NCBI RefSeq assembly: GCF_006345805.1
Contig: NW_021829622.1
Coordinates: 1 to 32,236 of the forward strand
Direction: 5' to 3'
DNA: 32,236 bases
From: Octopus sinensis
Taxonomy: Eukaryota
Shown: positions 10,785-22,119 of the stretch, one piece after another
How the letters are laid out: each line of letters starts with the position of its first letter
Numbering within the stretch: position 1 is the stretch's first letter
The notes under the pieces: generated by a model
Databases searched by the model: none
What the model was told of the DNA's origin: nothing
The model's input: the letters and a program-made list of their open reading frames with translations, nothing else
Made by a program: the position numbers and the translations under genes

Positions 10785-11832
10785 CATTTGAGATACATAA
10801 TGCTTTATGAGTAGAAAAAAGGAAACTCTGCACCCGAAGCGACTCGAAACATACACTCAGTTTATGGTAAAGAATGCTCGAATAAAAGAACTTGCAGAAG
10901 ATGGTTTGCAAAATTCAAAAGTGGAGATTTCAGCCTTGAAGATGAAGATCGAACAGGACGTCCATTTGAATTTGATGATAAGCTCCTTGAGGCATTACTT
11001 GAAGAAAATTCTGCATTATCAGTTGAAGAATTGGTAATAACATACAACTATTCAATGTCATCTTCAACAACTTGGAAAGGTTCCTAAACTTGGAAAATGG
11101 GTGCCTCATGAATTGTCCGAAAGCAACCGCAAATCCCAAGTTGACATCTGCTCTTCTCTCCATTCTTGTGAACTCATTTCACCCTCTTTGAATAGATTTG
11201 TGACTGGTGACGAAGAATGGATCTTCTATCGAAATGTTAAACGTCGAAAACAGTGACTTGGTAAAAGAGAAAAAGCTCAACCACAACCGAGAAGGGAACT
11301 TCATGGGAAAATGTTACTTCTTTCTATCTGGTTTGATTGCAAAGGAGTAATTCACTTTGAATTGTTACCACCTAATGCAACAATCATTGCTCAAGTCTAC
11401 TGTCAGCAATTAGAGCGTTTGATCCAAGCTTTGAAGAAAAAAAAGACCCACTTTAGTGAATCGAAAAGGAGTGATGTTTCATCACGCCAATGTGTGACGC
11501 CACACTGCAATGATCACATCACGGAAGATCGAAGAGCTTGGTTGGGAAAAAATTCCTCAACCACCTTATTATCCCGACCTTGTTCCTTCAGACTACCATT
11601 TGTTTCGAAGTTCACAGAATCATTTGGGGGACATAACTTTCGCAAGGCAGGTGGAGGTCGAAAATGACATTTCAGAATTCTTCGCTTTGAAACCAAGCGA
11701 GTTTTACATTGATGGGATTAAAAAGCTGGTAAATAGATGGAAGGAAGTCATAGATAATCAGGGAAAGTACATTGATGATTAAATTGTTTTCTTTATTCAA
11801 AATTCGGACAGAACTTATGGGATGACTTGATA
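10785..11832 (+). mobile_element. Mariner (Tc1/mariner DD34D) transposase pseudogene with 3' TIR
   Basis: HLRYIMLYE*KKGNSAPEATRNI, GKWVPHEL, VTGDEEWIFY, FHHAN (catalytic D2 lost) and YPDLVPSDYHLF, ending GKYIDD* at 11782. The 3' TIR cggacagaacttatgggatgacttgata is followed by TA. Frameshifted; 5' end lost at the SINE. Confidence 0.95.
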
Positions 11833-11934
11833 TAATTGAAAAAATCGTTATATGTATAAAGATTCCATAACCAATTATAAAAATGGAGCTGTTTCTGTCT
11901 ACAAAATCTCACTGAATATTTTTGTAGGAAGAAA

Positions 11935-12020
11935 AGAAAAGCCTTCTCCGGTCAGCAGAACCGAACTTAAATCTTGTCGATCTTTAAGAGAACCTCTTAA
12001 TCGCTCAACCCCGTCCGCAT
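11935..12020 (-). mobile_element. Degenerate tRNA-like/SINE head
   Basis: rc gcggacggggttgagcgattaagagg...gatttaagttcggttctgctgaccggag has decayed A/B-box spacing. Confidence 0.3.
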
Positions 12021-13109
12021 TGATCGGGGTGGTGTATGTATTATAAGCACAACAATTTTACATATCTGGAAAACTTCATTGAACTATGGACTTTGTCTCG
12101 AAATTCATTGACCGTGTTACGAGTTATAATCGCATACGAAGAGAGATGAATACATATACTGAGAAATATATGTAGGTCTCCCATTTTAACAAAATATAGT
12201 CTGTATGTAGGGTATTGTACTGGGACAACAATAGACTGCGCTCAGTACGTTACGAGCGAGGATAAGTTATCATAAATGTGTATCAATTGTATATAGAATG
12301 TTAGAACTAAGCGAAAAGTTATGTAAGAAACAATGGAAGAGCTTGCTTTAGGAGAGGAAATGGTGTTTGTTATTACTAAAAGAAGAAAATGACTATGTAC
12401 ACGAAATGTAGCGTTATTGCATTTGTTCATATTTACATATCTTCGCCATATTTATGGTTATTTATAAGCTAATGTATGCGCGTGTATGTGGGCGTCTGTG
12501 TGCGTGTCACTTTGTGTATGTTCGTGTGTGTACATATACATATATATGTGTGTGTATGTGTATATAGATAGATAGAGAAAGAGAGAGGGATAAATATATG
12601 GTTAGATACATAAATATATATAGATATAGACGTAATATATCTATTGTATATAGACATATATATATGGTATATATATATATATATATATAGACATACATAG
12701 ATATAGACATACTAAAGCATATATTTATATAAATATATACAAATATACACGTTTATGTATGTATATATATATATATATATGTGTACGTATGTATGTATGT
12801 ATATATACACGCGCGTCGCATACTCACACACATACATATGTATGTGTGACTGTATGAATATTTATATAATGAGCACACACACACACGCATACACACATAT
12901 GGGTACATATAAATATACATATATATGCGTGTTTCTTAGACGTACAATGCATATTATATATACCATAAATGCACATGTACAGGTATATAACATACATATC
13001 ATATATACATACATACATATATACATATACATACATATATATATGTGTGTGTGTGAGTGTGTGTGTATGTATGTATGTATGTATGTATGTATGTATGTAT
13101 GTATTATGC

Positions 13110-13555
13110 CTTCCTTTATTCTTTTACTTGTTTCAGCCATTTGACAGCGTCCATGCTGGGGCACCACCTTTAGTCGAGCAAATCGATTTCCAGGACTTAT
13201 TATTGTAAGCCTAGTACTTATTCTATCGGTCACTTTTGCCGAACCGCTAATTTACGGAGACGTAAACACACCAACATCGGTTGTCAAGCGATAGTAGAGA
13301 TCAAACACAGATACACAAACACATTCACACACACATATACATACATACATACACATACATACATACATACATACATACATACATACATACGACTGGCTTC
13401 TTTCAGTTTCCGGCTACTAAATCCACTCTCAAGGGTTTGGTCTACCCGAGGATATAGCAAAAGACATTTGCCCAACGTGCCACGCAGTGGAATTGAACCC
13501 AGAACCATATGGTTGGTAGGCAAGCTACGTACCACACACCACTCCTACGCCTATG
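13110..13555 (-). mobile_element. SINE family A, full length, internal (TATG)n
   Basis: Head, internal microsatellite and 3' segment all present. Confidence 0.9.
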
Positions 13556-13620
13556 TATGTATACATATATATATATATATATATATGTTATATATAATAT
13601 ATATATATAATATATACATA

Positions 13621-13662
<42 letters not shown>

Positions 13663-14196
13663 ACTAATTATATAATACATACATATATATATACATACAT
13701 ATATTACATATATATATATATATATATACATTATATATATATATATCTATATTACATATATATATAATATACATATATATATATATATGTATGAACGTAT
13801 GTATATACATATATATGTGTATATGTCTGTGTGTGTGTTTGTGCGCGTGTGTGTGTGTGTATGTACACAGCCTACCACAGCCCACTCAGAATCTCGTTCT
13901 TGGCTGTAATGTTGAACCGGCTCTGGATTACAAAATGACATTTTTATAAGATTAGTTGAACGTTTTACACATCAGCGTGGGTGGGGTGTTAGATGTCTTC
14001 GTATTCTAATTTAATGGATTGATTCTATTAGAATTTATTGCTAACTTATTTCTTCTGTGGATGGAGACAATCCTGCAACGTTCTGTTTGTATAAGGATAT
14101 ATACTGCGTTATAAAAATATGTTTTATAAGCAAAATTAAAATTGGGGAATTGTCCTTGTGGATTGTCCATATATGCATGATGGATTCTCCTGCCGT
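13329..14196 (+). repeat. Left arm of long inverted duplication
   Basis: Reverse complement matches 15919-16629; about 17-18 differences counted by eye in the 335-bp unique part. Confidence 0.9.
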
Positions 14197-14695
14197 GAAA
14201 GACGAATGAGGGTTCAGTAAGATAAAGCATTGATCATGATTTATGGACACGAGTGTGTCTCTTGAGGTCTGCTGGTGCCTTGCAAAATTTTTGGCAAATG
14301 GAACAAGTTGAGGAATCAGTTTGCTTGAGTGCTTGTGGATTATTTACGATGTGTTTTCTTGAGTGGACAGCAAAGTCTGCATTGCTTCGTGCCACAAAAC
14401 CACAACGACAGGTAAGGTTTCCATTTAGAGGAGCTGTGGTTTGCCAGCGTGCTTTCATGCTTGGCTAAAATCTTTGAAGTGAGAAGAAGCAGGACAGGTG
14501 CCTGGTCCTGCTTTCTGATGCTTTGTTTTCTCAAGAAGAAAAAGGAATCTTGCATAGCTTCAGATTGTCTTATAGTTTAAATACACAACCGAAAGAGCTT
14601 CTAATAATATAATACTATTATGATACTTGAAAAGGCATATCTATAAAATACGCCATATATCTTAAAGCAATCTTTCAGACTCTGTTTATGCGTTA
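14185..14695 (-). mobile_element. RTE-clade LINE 3' fragment ending in two CCHH-like motifs
   Basis: HKQSLKDCFKIYG and LEALS...EKTKHQK precede TCRCGFVARSNADFAVHSRKH and TCSICQKFCKAPADLKRHTRVHKS*. An RTE-like 3' end gtctttcacggcaggagaatccatcat follows. No TGEKP linkers. Confidence 0.6.
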
Positions 14696-14706
14696 GATAT
14701 AATTAT

Positions 14707-15123
14707 AGGGCAGTGAGTTGGCAGAAACGTTAGCAGACCGGGCGACATTCTTAATGGTATTTCGTCTGTTGCTATGTTCTGAGTTCAAATTCCGCCAAGG
14801 TCGACTTTGCCTTTCATCCTTTCGGGGTCGATTAAGTAAGTACCAGTTACGCACTGGGGTCGATATAATCGACTTAATCCGTTTGTCTGTCCTTGTTTGT
14901 CCCCTCTGTGTTTAGCCCCCTGTGGGTAGTAAAGAAATAGGTATTTCGTCTGCCATTACGTTCTGAGTTCAAATTCCACCGAGGTCGACTTTGCCTTTCA
15001 TCCTTTCGGTGTCGATTAAATAAGTACCAGTTACGCACTGGGGTCGATGTAATCGACTTAATCCTTTTGTCTGTCCTTATTTGTCCCCTCTATGTTTAGC
15101 CCCCTGTGGGCTATAAAGAAATA
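14707..15123 (+). mobile_element. SINE family B, two tandem 184-bp units
   Basis: Units begin at 14756 and 14940; junction aaagaaata|ggtatttc. Confidence 0.9.
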
Positions 15124-15918
15124 TATTTATAATTTTTTTTAAAAAGGACGCTGGACAGTAAGAGAATAAGAAAAAACCGTGCAGAAGGTTAGTACAAAAA
15201 ATGGAACGAGAAAAAAGAAACGAAATCAACAACTATGATCCTCGTTCTTCCTGATTGCATAAAGCTTATCAAATACAACTGGTTTAGAACAAAATAACAA
15301 AAAATTCGTCACCGTCTGAGAGACAGTAACTCGCTCCAGAGCGAGGGGTACCCTCCAATCTGTTAAACGAAACTTGTCCATGTGTCTACACCTACTACAT
15401 ATTTCAGATCTCGAATTAAGGAGTGTGTTGGAATTGCTGGATCGAAGAACACTGATATCTTCCTGCTATACCTAAGTTGTATTTCATTAATATATGGCTT
15501 GAATTTCTCGACTTTTCTCCGCTTAATTGCATGTGGTGGGGAGCTGCCCTTTAAATTCCATACGTGGCTAACCAACTTTTCTCAATGTGCCGGAAAACGT
15601 TCTTTCATCTATGTATTTAATGTATTTATATATCTATGTATTTAGGAAAAAATAAGTTCAAAAAGAATAATTCAAACTTTTTGAGAGGTCCAAGAAGAGA
15701 GAAAGAATGATTTCTAATAAAGATTCATCATATTCATTAAAAAAAACCCAAAAACAATCAGAACAAGTACTAAGAATATGAAAATATATTTTCATATTCT
15801 TACTACTTGTTCTGATTGTTTCAACTATAATTGCTTATGGTATGCGCGTGCGCGCGCGTGTGTGAGTGTGGGGGTGGTGCGGGTATTTTACGTAAGGAGG
15901 GTTAAAATCCAAGATAAA

Positions 15919-16324
15919 ACGGCAGGAGAATCCATCATGTATATATGGACAATCCACAAGAACAATTGCCCAAATTTAATTTTGCTTATAAAACATATTT
16001 TTATAACGCAGTATATATTCTTATACAAACAGAACGTTGCAGGATTGTCTCCATCCACAGAAGAAATAAGTTAGCAATGAATTCTAATAGAATCAATCCA
16101 TTAAATTAGAATCCAAAGACATCTAACACCCCACCCACGCTGATGTATAAAACGTTCAACTAGTCTTATAAAAATGTCATTTTCTAATCCAGAGCATGTT
16201 CAACATTCCAGCCGAGAACGAGATTCTGTGTGGGCTGTCGTAGGCTGTGTACACACACACATGCACACACAAAAACACACACACAGACATATACACATAT
16301 ATATGTATATACATACGTTTATAC

Positions 16325-16356
<32 letters not shown>

Positions 16357-16629
16357 GTGTGTATATATATGCATACATACATAGGCGCAGGAGTGGTTGT
16401 GTGGTACGTAGCTTGCTTACCAACCATATGGTTCTGGGTTCAGTTCCACTGCGTGGCACGTTGGGCAAATGTCTTTTGCTATATCCTCGGGTAGACCAAA
16501 CCCTTGAGAGTGAATTTAGTAGCTGGAAACTGAAAGAAGCCAGTCGTATGTATGTATGTATGTATGTATGTATGTATGTATGTATGTATGTATGTATGTA
16601 TGTATGTATGTATGTATGTATATGTGTGT
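15919..16629 (-). repeat. Right arm of long inverted duplication (contains SINE A 5' half, 16382-16560)
   Basis: acggcaggagaatccatcat...gtatgtatatgtgtgt is the reverse complement of 13329-14196. Confidence 0.9.
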
Positions 16630-17799
16630 ACCCTCTTGGATTATTTGGTTCTTAGTCTGAAGAATTTCTAATCGGAAAATTCTTACCATGTTCATCTAAC
16701 ATATACAATTTTCTAATTCCTATTAGCAAATGAAACACATGTAATGGTGAATATATAATGCCCCCCCACCAATTTTCGAACCTCTAGTTTTGATGTGTGT
16801 CTGCGTGCATGTGCGTGCGTGTGTGTGTGTGAGTGTGTATGTGTGTGCGTGTGTGTGTGTATGGTTAGTTTAGACGGAATTCTACTGACCTTTTAGCATT
16901 TCCGTATCACAAACATATTACACGTGGCATATAACATATTCAGTCTGTTTGCTCGTAGAAATCCTCTCAACCTCCCCCATACATACAAGGAGCCTACACC
17001 GTACCATTCCTCAGAAAAATACTGCTAAAGGAATATATTTTCGACAGGACAAATGAATAATCCACTTTATCATAAGGAAATATTTATTCTTTGCTGAAAT
17101 TCTTGTTCGATAAGCGCAGCTATGTAATCTTTTGATTTGCTTTGATCCACATTCCGAACTCTGCTGTTTTGATTCGGTTCTTTATTTTTAAAAAAGAACG
17201 TTTTGATCCTTGAAATTGCTCCTTGTTTATCAAAGTTTATAGCCAGTGTTGAACAAACAAATCAATATTGCAATATATTAGCGAAACTTGTTGGGTAAGG
17301 CCGGAACAATGCGAGATGAGATGTAAACTAGAAAAAGAAAACGAAACAAAGATGGCGTTTTGCTTTGTATTTCTATATTTAGAACAGGTTTCTTTAATGT
17401 GAAATCACACAATGCTTCTCTCTTCAATCTAACTACTCTATTTTAATATGTATGCGGATGTGTTTCTTTGTGTGTGAGTTTGTGTATTTTTTAACTTATA
17501 CAAATTTAGAAACTTCGAGAGAACGTGAAATAATTCGATTTTTTTTTTGCAGCTAAACTTGAAGTAGATAAGGCTATAAATAGTACCGTGTAAATTTGAG
17601 TTTAAAAAAACTTTGCTAGAGTTCAACAGTTAAAAAAAGAACTACGCATGTGTGTGTGTGAGTGTGTGTGTGTGTATGTGTGTGTGCGTGTGTGTATGTG
17701 AGTTTGTGTATATGTGTTTGTGTATATGTGTGTGTGTGTGTGTGAGTTTGTGTGTGTGTTTGTGTATAAGTGCGTGTGTGTGTAGAGTGTCTTTGTGTC

Positions 17800-17910
17800 T
17801 GTATATTTCTCCCATCACCGCTTGACAACCGGTATTGGTGTGTTTACGTCCCCGTAATTTAGCAGTTCGGCGAAACAGACCGATAAGATTAGTACCAGGC
17901 TTGAAGAAAT
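17800..17910 (+). mobile_element. SINE family A, 3' fragment
   Basis: cgcttgacaaccggtattggtgtgtttacgtcccgtaatttagcagttcggcg. Confidence 0.8.
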
Positions 17911-17974
17911 TAATCATCAAAACGGTGCCCAAATCTTTGAGCGAGATATAAACAGTAGTAGTACGGAACCGTTA

Positions 17975-18396
17975 CATATAATTGCCAAGCTAGTGTGGCG
18001 TCCTATACAGGACAGTGCTACTGACGTTTATAGTCTCAGGAAGACATCTCTTCCAGCTGGTTAACGACGCACCTTCTCTATGTCCGACTAGTATTTGCGA
18101 AGGGAGGTCATCGCTCCTATCTCTAGCATTACTCGAGTTTCTGGATGGCTACCCGTCCTCAGAAGCTAGTGATGGAAACTCATTCCACTCGCAAAATACT
18201 ATATGCTTTTTCTAGCGACAAACTGTCGCTTAGTCCGTATGTAAGGCTAGAGATGGGAGCGATGACCACCACTTGCAAATACTAATCAGACACAGAATGT
18301 GTGTCGATCGCCAGCTGCAAGAGATGTCTTATTCGGGCTATAAACGTCAGTAGCACTGTCCTCTATAGGATGCCACACTACGATGGCAATTATATG
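17975..18396. mobile_element. Fold-back mini-element (~157-bp inverted arms, 108-bp spacer) carrying a hammerhead ribozyme
   Basis: Arms 17975-18132 and 18241-18396 are roughly 80-85% identical by eye. TTA flanks both sides (17972-74, 18397-99), followed by (TA)n. Confidence 0.8.
18123..18169 (-). ncRNA. Minimal type I hammerhead ribozyme with palindromic stem III
   Basis: Minus strand CUAGCUU-CUGAGGA-C GGGU agcc AUCC A-GAAA-CUCGAG-UA|AUGCUAG. Predicted cleavage is between 18130 and 18129. C10.1.A11.1 mismatch and one U.U in stem I. Confidence 0.75.
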
Positions 18397-18399
18397 TTA

Positions 18400-18401
<2 letters not shown>

Positions 18402-18477
<76 letters not shown>
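18402..18477. repeat. (TA)n microsatellite
   Basis: Directly visible. Confidence 0.95.
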
Positions 18478-18480
<3 letters not shown>

Positions 18481-18670
18481 TATAAACAAAGGGTAATAAT
18501 ATGGATTACTACCAGTGGCCCAGCACAAAAGGCGAATTAGTCATTAGACAAAATATTATTCATACAGAAAAATATTATTCATATAGAAATATAATTAAGG
18601 GCTCCTAAATAAGGATGCCAAGTGCTAGGGGCACAAAAAAAGGATAGATTTATCGAGAGTGAAAATCAAA

Positions 18671-18687
18671 AACATTTACCATATATA

Positions 18688-18726
<39 letters not shown>

Positions 18727-18734
18727 GGTAAATG

Positions 18735-18736
<2 letters not shown>
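18671..18736. repeat. Palindrome: aacatttaccatata-(TA)n-tatatggtaaatgtt
   Basis: 15-bp perfect inverted repeat around a TA-rich core. Confidence 0.9.
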
Positions 18737-18772
<36 letters not shown>

Positions 18773-19927
18773 TCACACGTTTTTATTAATATTTAGCAGA
18801 AGTTAAGAGAAACTGAAGGGCTGAGAGTTTTATGCGTTAAATGATTATTTGTTTCCATGCGGTAAAATCGAAGATCTAAAGAATTTATATTCTATGTTAA
18901 CATGATACAGTAAGTTTAGATTAACTTTACACACAACGAAATATGCTTGACTCTCCTTCTCTCCACCCCCACCACACCCCACTACAATGAACTTTCATGT
19001 CAAAAACCATTCAGCACCAGATATCTTAAATATAATTCGTATTCTCTTTCGTTGCCTCCTTCTATTGCAAAAGACTTCTTTTTATTATTATTATTATTAT
19101 ATTCAGTACCATTGGTTACATGTTTCTCGTCATTGGTTCAATGTATTTCTGGTGGTGAGGTTAACAAGGGGGTGTTTGTAACGCGGAGTAGAATAATTAT
19201 CTCAAGGGATCTTGTTTGTAAATCACGTGGTTGCAGAGGGACCGTCTAAACCATAGAACCATGCCTGCGCCTATATAACGCAGATATGATTATCAGATCT
19301 TTTGTCCTCTCATTACAAACAAACAATTATTGAACCGCGAAGCACTTTAGAATTATATTTGAATATTTGAAAATACTCGAGACTTTGTACTCAGTTTAGA
19401 AAGAATAGGAAGCGTGAGTAACAAGGTCCCTTGGGATACTTGTTCTACTCCGAGTTACAAACACTCCCTTGTTAATTTCACCGCCAGAAATACAATGAAC
19501 CAGTGATTAGAAGCATTTAATCAATGTTATTGCATATAATAAAAAGTGTGAGTTATTTGAATTTATGAAAATACTCGAGACTTTTTACTCAGTTTAGAAA
19601 GAATAGGAAGTGTGAGTTACTCCCGATCAGATTCCTGTCTCACGCCTGATTATTCTTTTACATGTTTCAATTGTAAGAGCGTTGCCATGCTGGGGCACCA
19701 GCTTGAAGGGTTTAGCCTAGTGGTTCTTAACAGAGGTCTATTTAGCCTCAGAGTATCCGTATAAGATTTCGGGGTCCCCACAGCAAAATAGTAAATTGGA
19801 GATTCACAATAGTATTTTGAGGGACCCTGAAAAAAATTTGTTTATGCTGTAGGTATTAGGATGCATTGCAAGAAACAGCTGGGTTTCTTTCTCTAGCGTT
19901 TTACATAGTTCAACCTACGCAAGTTAA

Positions 19928-20150
19928 CCCTTTTGATACCAAGCCAGCTGAAACCACCTCTGGCTCTGTAGTTCAAATGTCTTGTTTTTCATAAGTACTA
20001 AATTAAAATCTTCCACCAAACTTTAGTCACAATTTATGTTCCTGACACTAGCTGAATGATTTCTAAGTTATTTTACTAAATTCTTTGTCAAATTTAAAAT
20101 TAATTGAAAGAAACACAGAGCCTCTCAACAGAAATATGGTAACGAAAGTG
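19928..20150. mobile_element. piggyBac-type (TTAA) MITE, copy 1
   Basis: TTAA|cccttttgatacc ... gtaacgaaagtg|TTAA. Confidence 0.8.
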
Positions 20151-20181
20151 TTAAAATATATAATAGAGAAACAATTCTTAT

Positions 20182-20403
20182 CCCTTTGGATATCAAGCCG
20201 GCTGAAACCACCTCTGGCTCTGTAGTTCAAATGTCTTATTTTTCATAAGTACTAAATTAAAATCTTCCACCAACTTTAGTTACAATTTATGTTCCTGACA
20301 CTAGCTGAATGATTTCTAAGTTATTTTACTAAATTCTTTGTCAAATTTAAAATTAATTGAAAGAAACACAGAGCATCTCAACAGAAATATAGTAACGAAA
20401 GGG
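20182..20403. mobile_element. piggyBac-type (TTAA) MITE, copy 2
   Basis: ttat|ccctttggatatc ... gtaacgaaaggg|TTAA; near-identical to copy 1. Confidence 0.8.
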
Positions 20404-20564
20404 TTAATGTGAAAAACAAAATATGAATTTTGAAAGAAGTTTCTATGAAACTAGTTTTTAAATATAAAATGGCTACGGGGGTTCGCCAGAATGAAATGGT
20501 AAGCAAAGGAGTCCATAGATAAAAATGTTTGAATGGTTGAGAACCCCTGCTTTAGATGTATGGG

Positions 20565-20779
20565 TTGGTATGTATTGCAAGAAACAGCTAGGTTTCTTTC
20601 TCTAACATTTTTACATAATTCAACCGACACAAGTTAATGTGTGAAAAACAAAATTGGAGTTTTGTAAGAAGTTTCTATAAAACTAGTTTTTAAAGAGCGA
20701 ATGGCTATGGAGGTCCACCAGAATAATATAATAATCAAAGGGGTTCATAGATTTAAAAAAAAAAGGTTGAGAATCCATG
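20565..20779. mobile_element. Second hAT-type MITE (3' half) retaining the empty TTAA site
   Basis: attgcaagaaacagctaggtttc...acaagTTAAtgtg...ggttgagaatccatg. Confidence 0.75.
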
Positions 20780-20787
20780 GTTTAGAC

Positions 20788-21125
20788 GAATAAATCGCCC
20801 CGAGTACTTATTTTTTTAAAGCCTGGCACTGACTCACAAAGCGCAAATAACCTTGGGTATGCAATGCACACACTCAGAGAGAGGAATAAAGAGAGCGAGA
20901 TTGAAGAAGACATGGTGAGTCGCTTCCAAGAAGATCTGAAGCTTGAAACTGGGATGATGGGAGACTTCTTGCTGCCCATGCGCAAACAAGCATACGGGTG
21001 AAACTAAAGACTAAAACTAACATTTACTCTATCGGTTTCCTTTGCCGAACCGTTAGGTTTTCGAGGCGTAAACAACTAACACTTGTTGTCAAGCGGTGGT
21101 GAAAAGACAAGCACAGACACGCTTC
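20788..21125 (-). mobile_element. SINE family A 3' half split by a ~190-bp insert (20831-21020)
   Basis: SINE sequence gtacttatttttttaaagcctggcact stops at 20830 and resumes at tactctatcggtttcctttgccgaaccg. Confidence 0.75.
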
Positions 21126-21488
21126 AGCACACTTAAACGACACCTGTCTCTGTGAGACCTCAGGTGCACCTCCGTCCTCGAGTTTTCGAACTATCACACT
21201 TCTCGATTAGACTCAGAAAAAAGACGTCACACTCATACAAAGAAACCACGTGACAGGATAGAACGGCTGATGTAGCAAATACCTTTGTCTGCTCTTCGCG
21301 ACAGCGCTTTTTACTATTCCCCTCGTGGGGTGTCAGATGAGACAAATTATTCAACAGGAAATTCGTTTTCGTTGTTTCAATAAATTTAAACAGTTCAATG
21401 ATCAATCAACAAATTATCAGAAACTAATCAATAGATTGCAAAGTAATTAATCGACTGAACCTCCAGCTGCGACACTGCCTTTCACAAC

Positions 21489-21545
<57 letters not shown>

Positions 21546-21584
21546 TTTAACCGGCGCGCTGTTGAAGCAATGATGGTGTATAGA

Positions 21585-21645
21585 AGAGATATACATACAT
21601 ACATACATACATACATACATAATACATACATACATACACACACAC

Positions 21646-21680
<35 letters not shown>

Positions 21681-21910
21681 TATTATATATATATATATAT
21701 ATATGTATATTTATATATATATATGGATGTATGTGTGTATATATATATATATGTATGTATATATATATATATATATTATATATATAGATGTATGTGTGTG
21801 TATATATATATGTATATATATATATAGAAATATATATATATATAATATATATTTATTATATATATTATATATTATATATTATATATTATATATATATATA
21901 TATATATGTA
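21585..21910. repeat. (CATA)n/(TA)n microsatellite
   Basis: Directly visible. Confidence 0.95.
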
Positions 21911-22119
21911 CTAGGTTGTTTTCTTCCGTCGCTATGCTGCCGGTTATAACATTTGTTAATCTTTGCATACGTTCATAAATTTTCAGATAATATTTACATT
22001 GATTTTCATGTTGAATATTAATAGCAGTTTGAATACTGTTTAACAACAGAGTTATGTAAAATTCGCTTCTTCATACGGTACGAAATAAATATATTCATTG
22101 GACAATATCTCATACGATA

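Larger units (their letters stand above)
19718..20549. mobile_element. hAT-type MITE interrupted by two TTAA MITEs
   Basis: TIRs tagtggttcttaac / ggttgagaacccctg; flanks gtttagcc / ctttagat fit a hAT-like 8-bp target. Confidence 0.7.

Noticed and set aside
15363-15645. Overlapping 70-87 aa ORFs in unique sequence
   Set aside because: No recognisable domain and no consistent splice-site frame.
16647-16690. CTGAAGA followed by GAAA
   Set aside because: It folds as a simple aagaattt/aaattctt hairpin, and no stem II-GAAA-NUH arrangement is possible.
18020-18062. Second HHR-like string in the arms (ctggaagagatgtc...gactataaacgtc)
   Set aside because: Core is mismatched and there is no stem I pairing.
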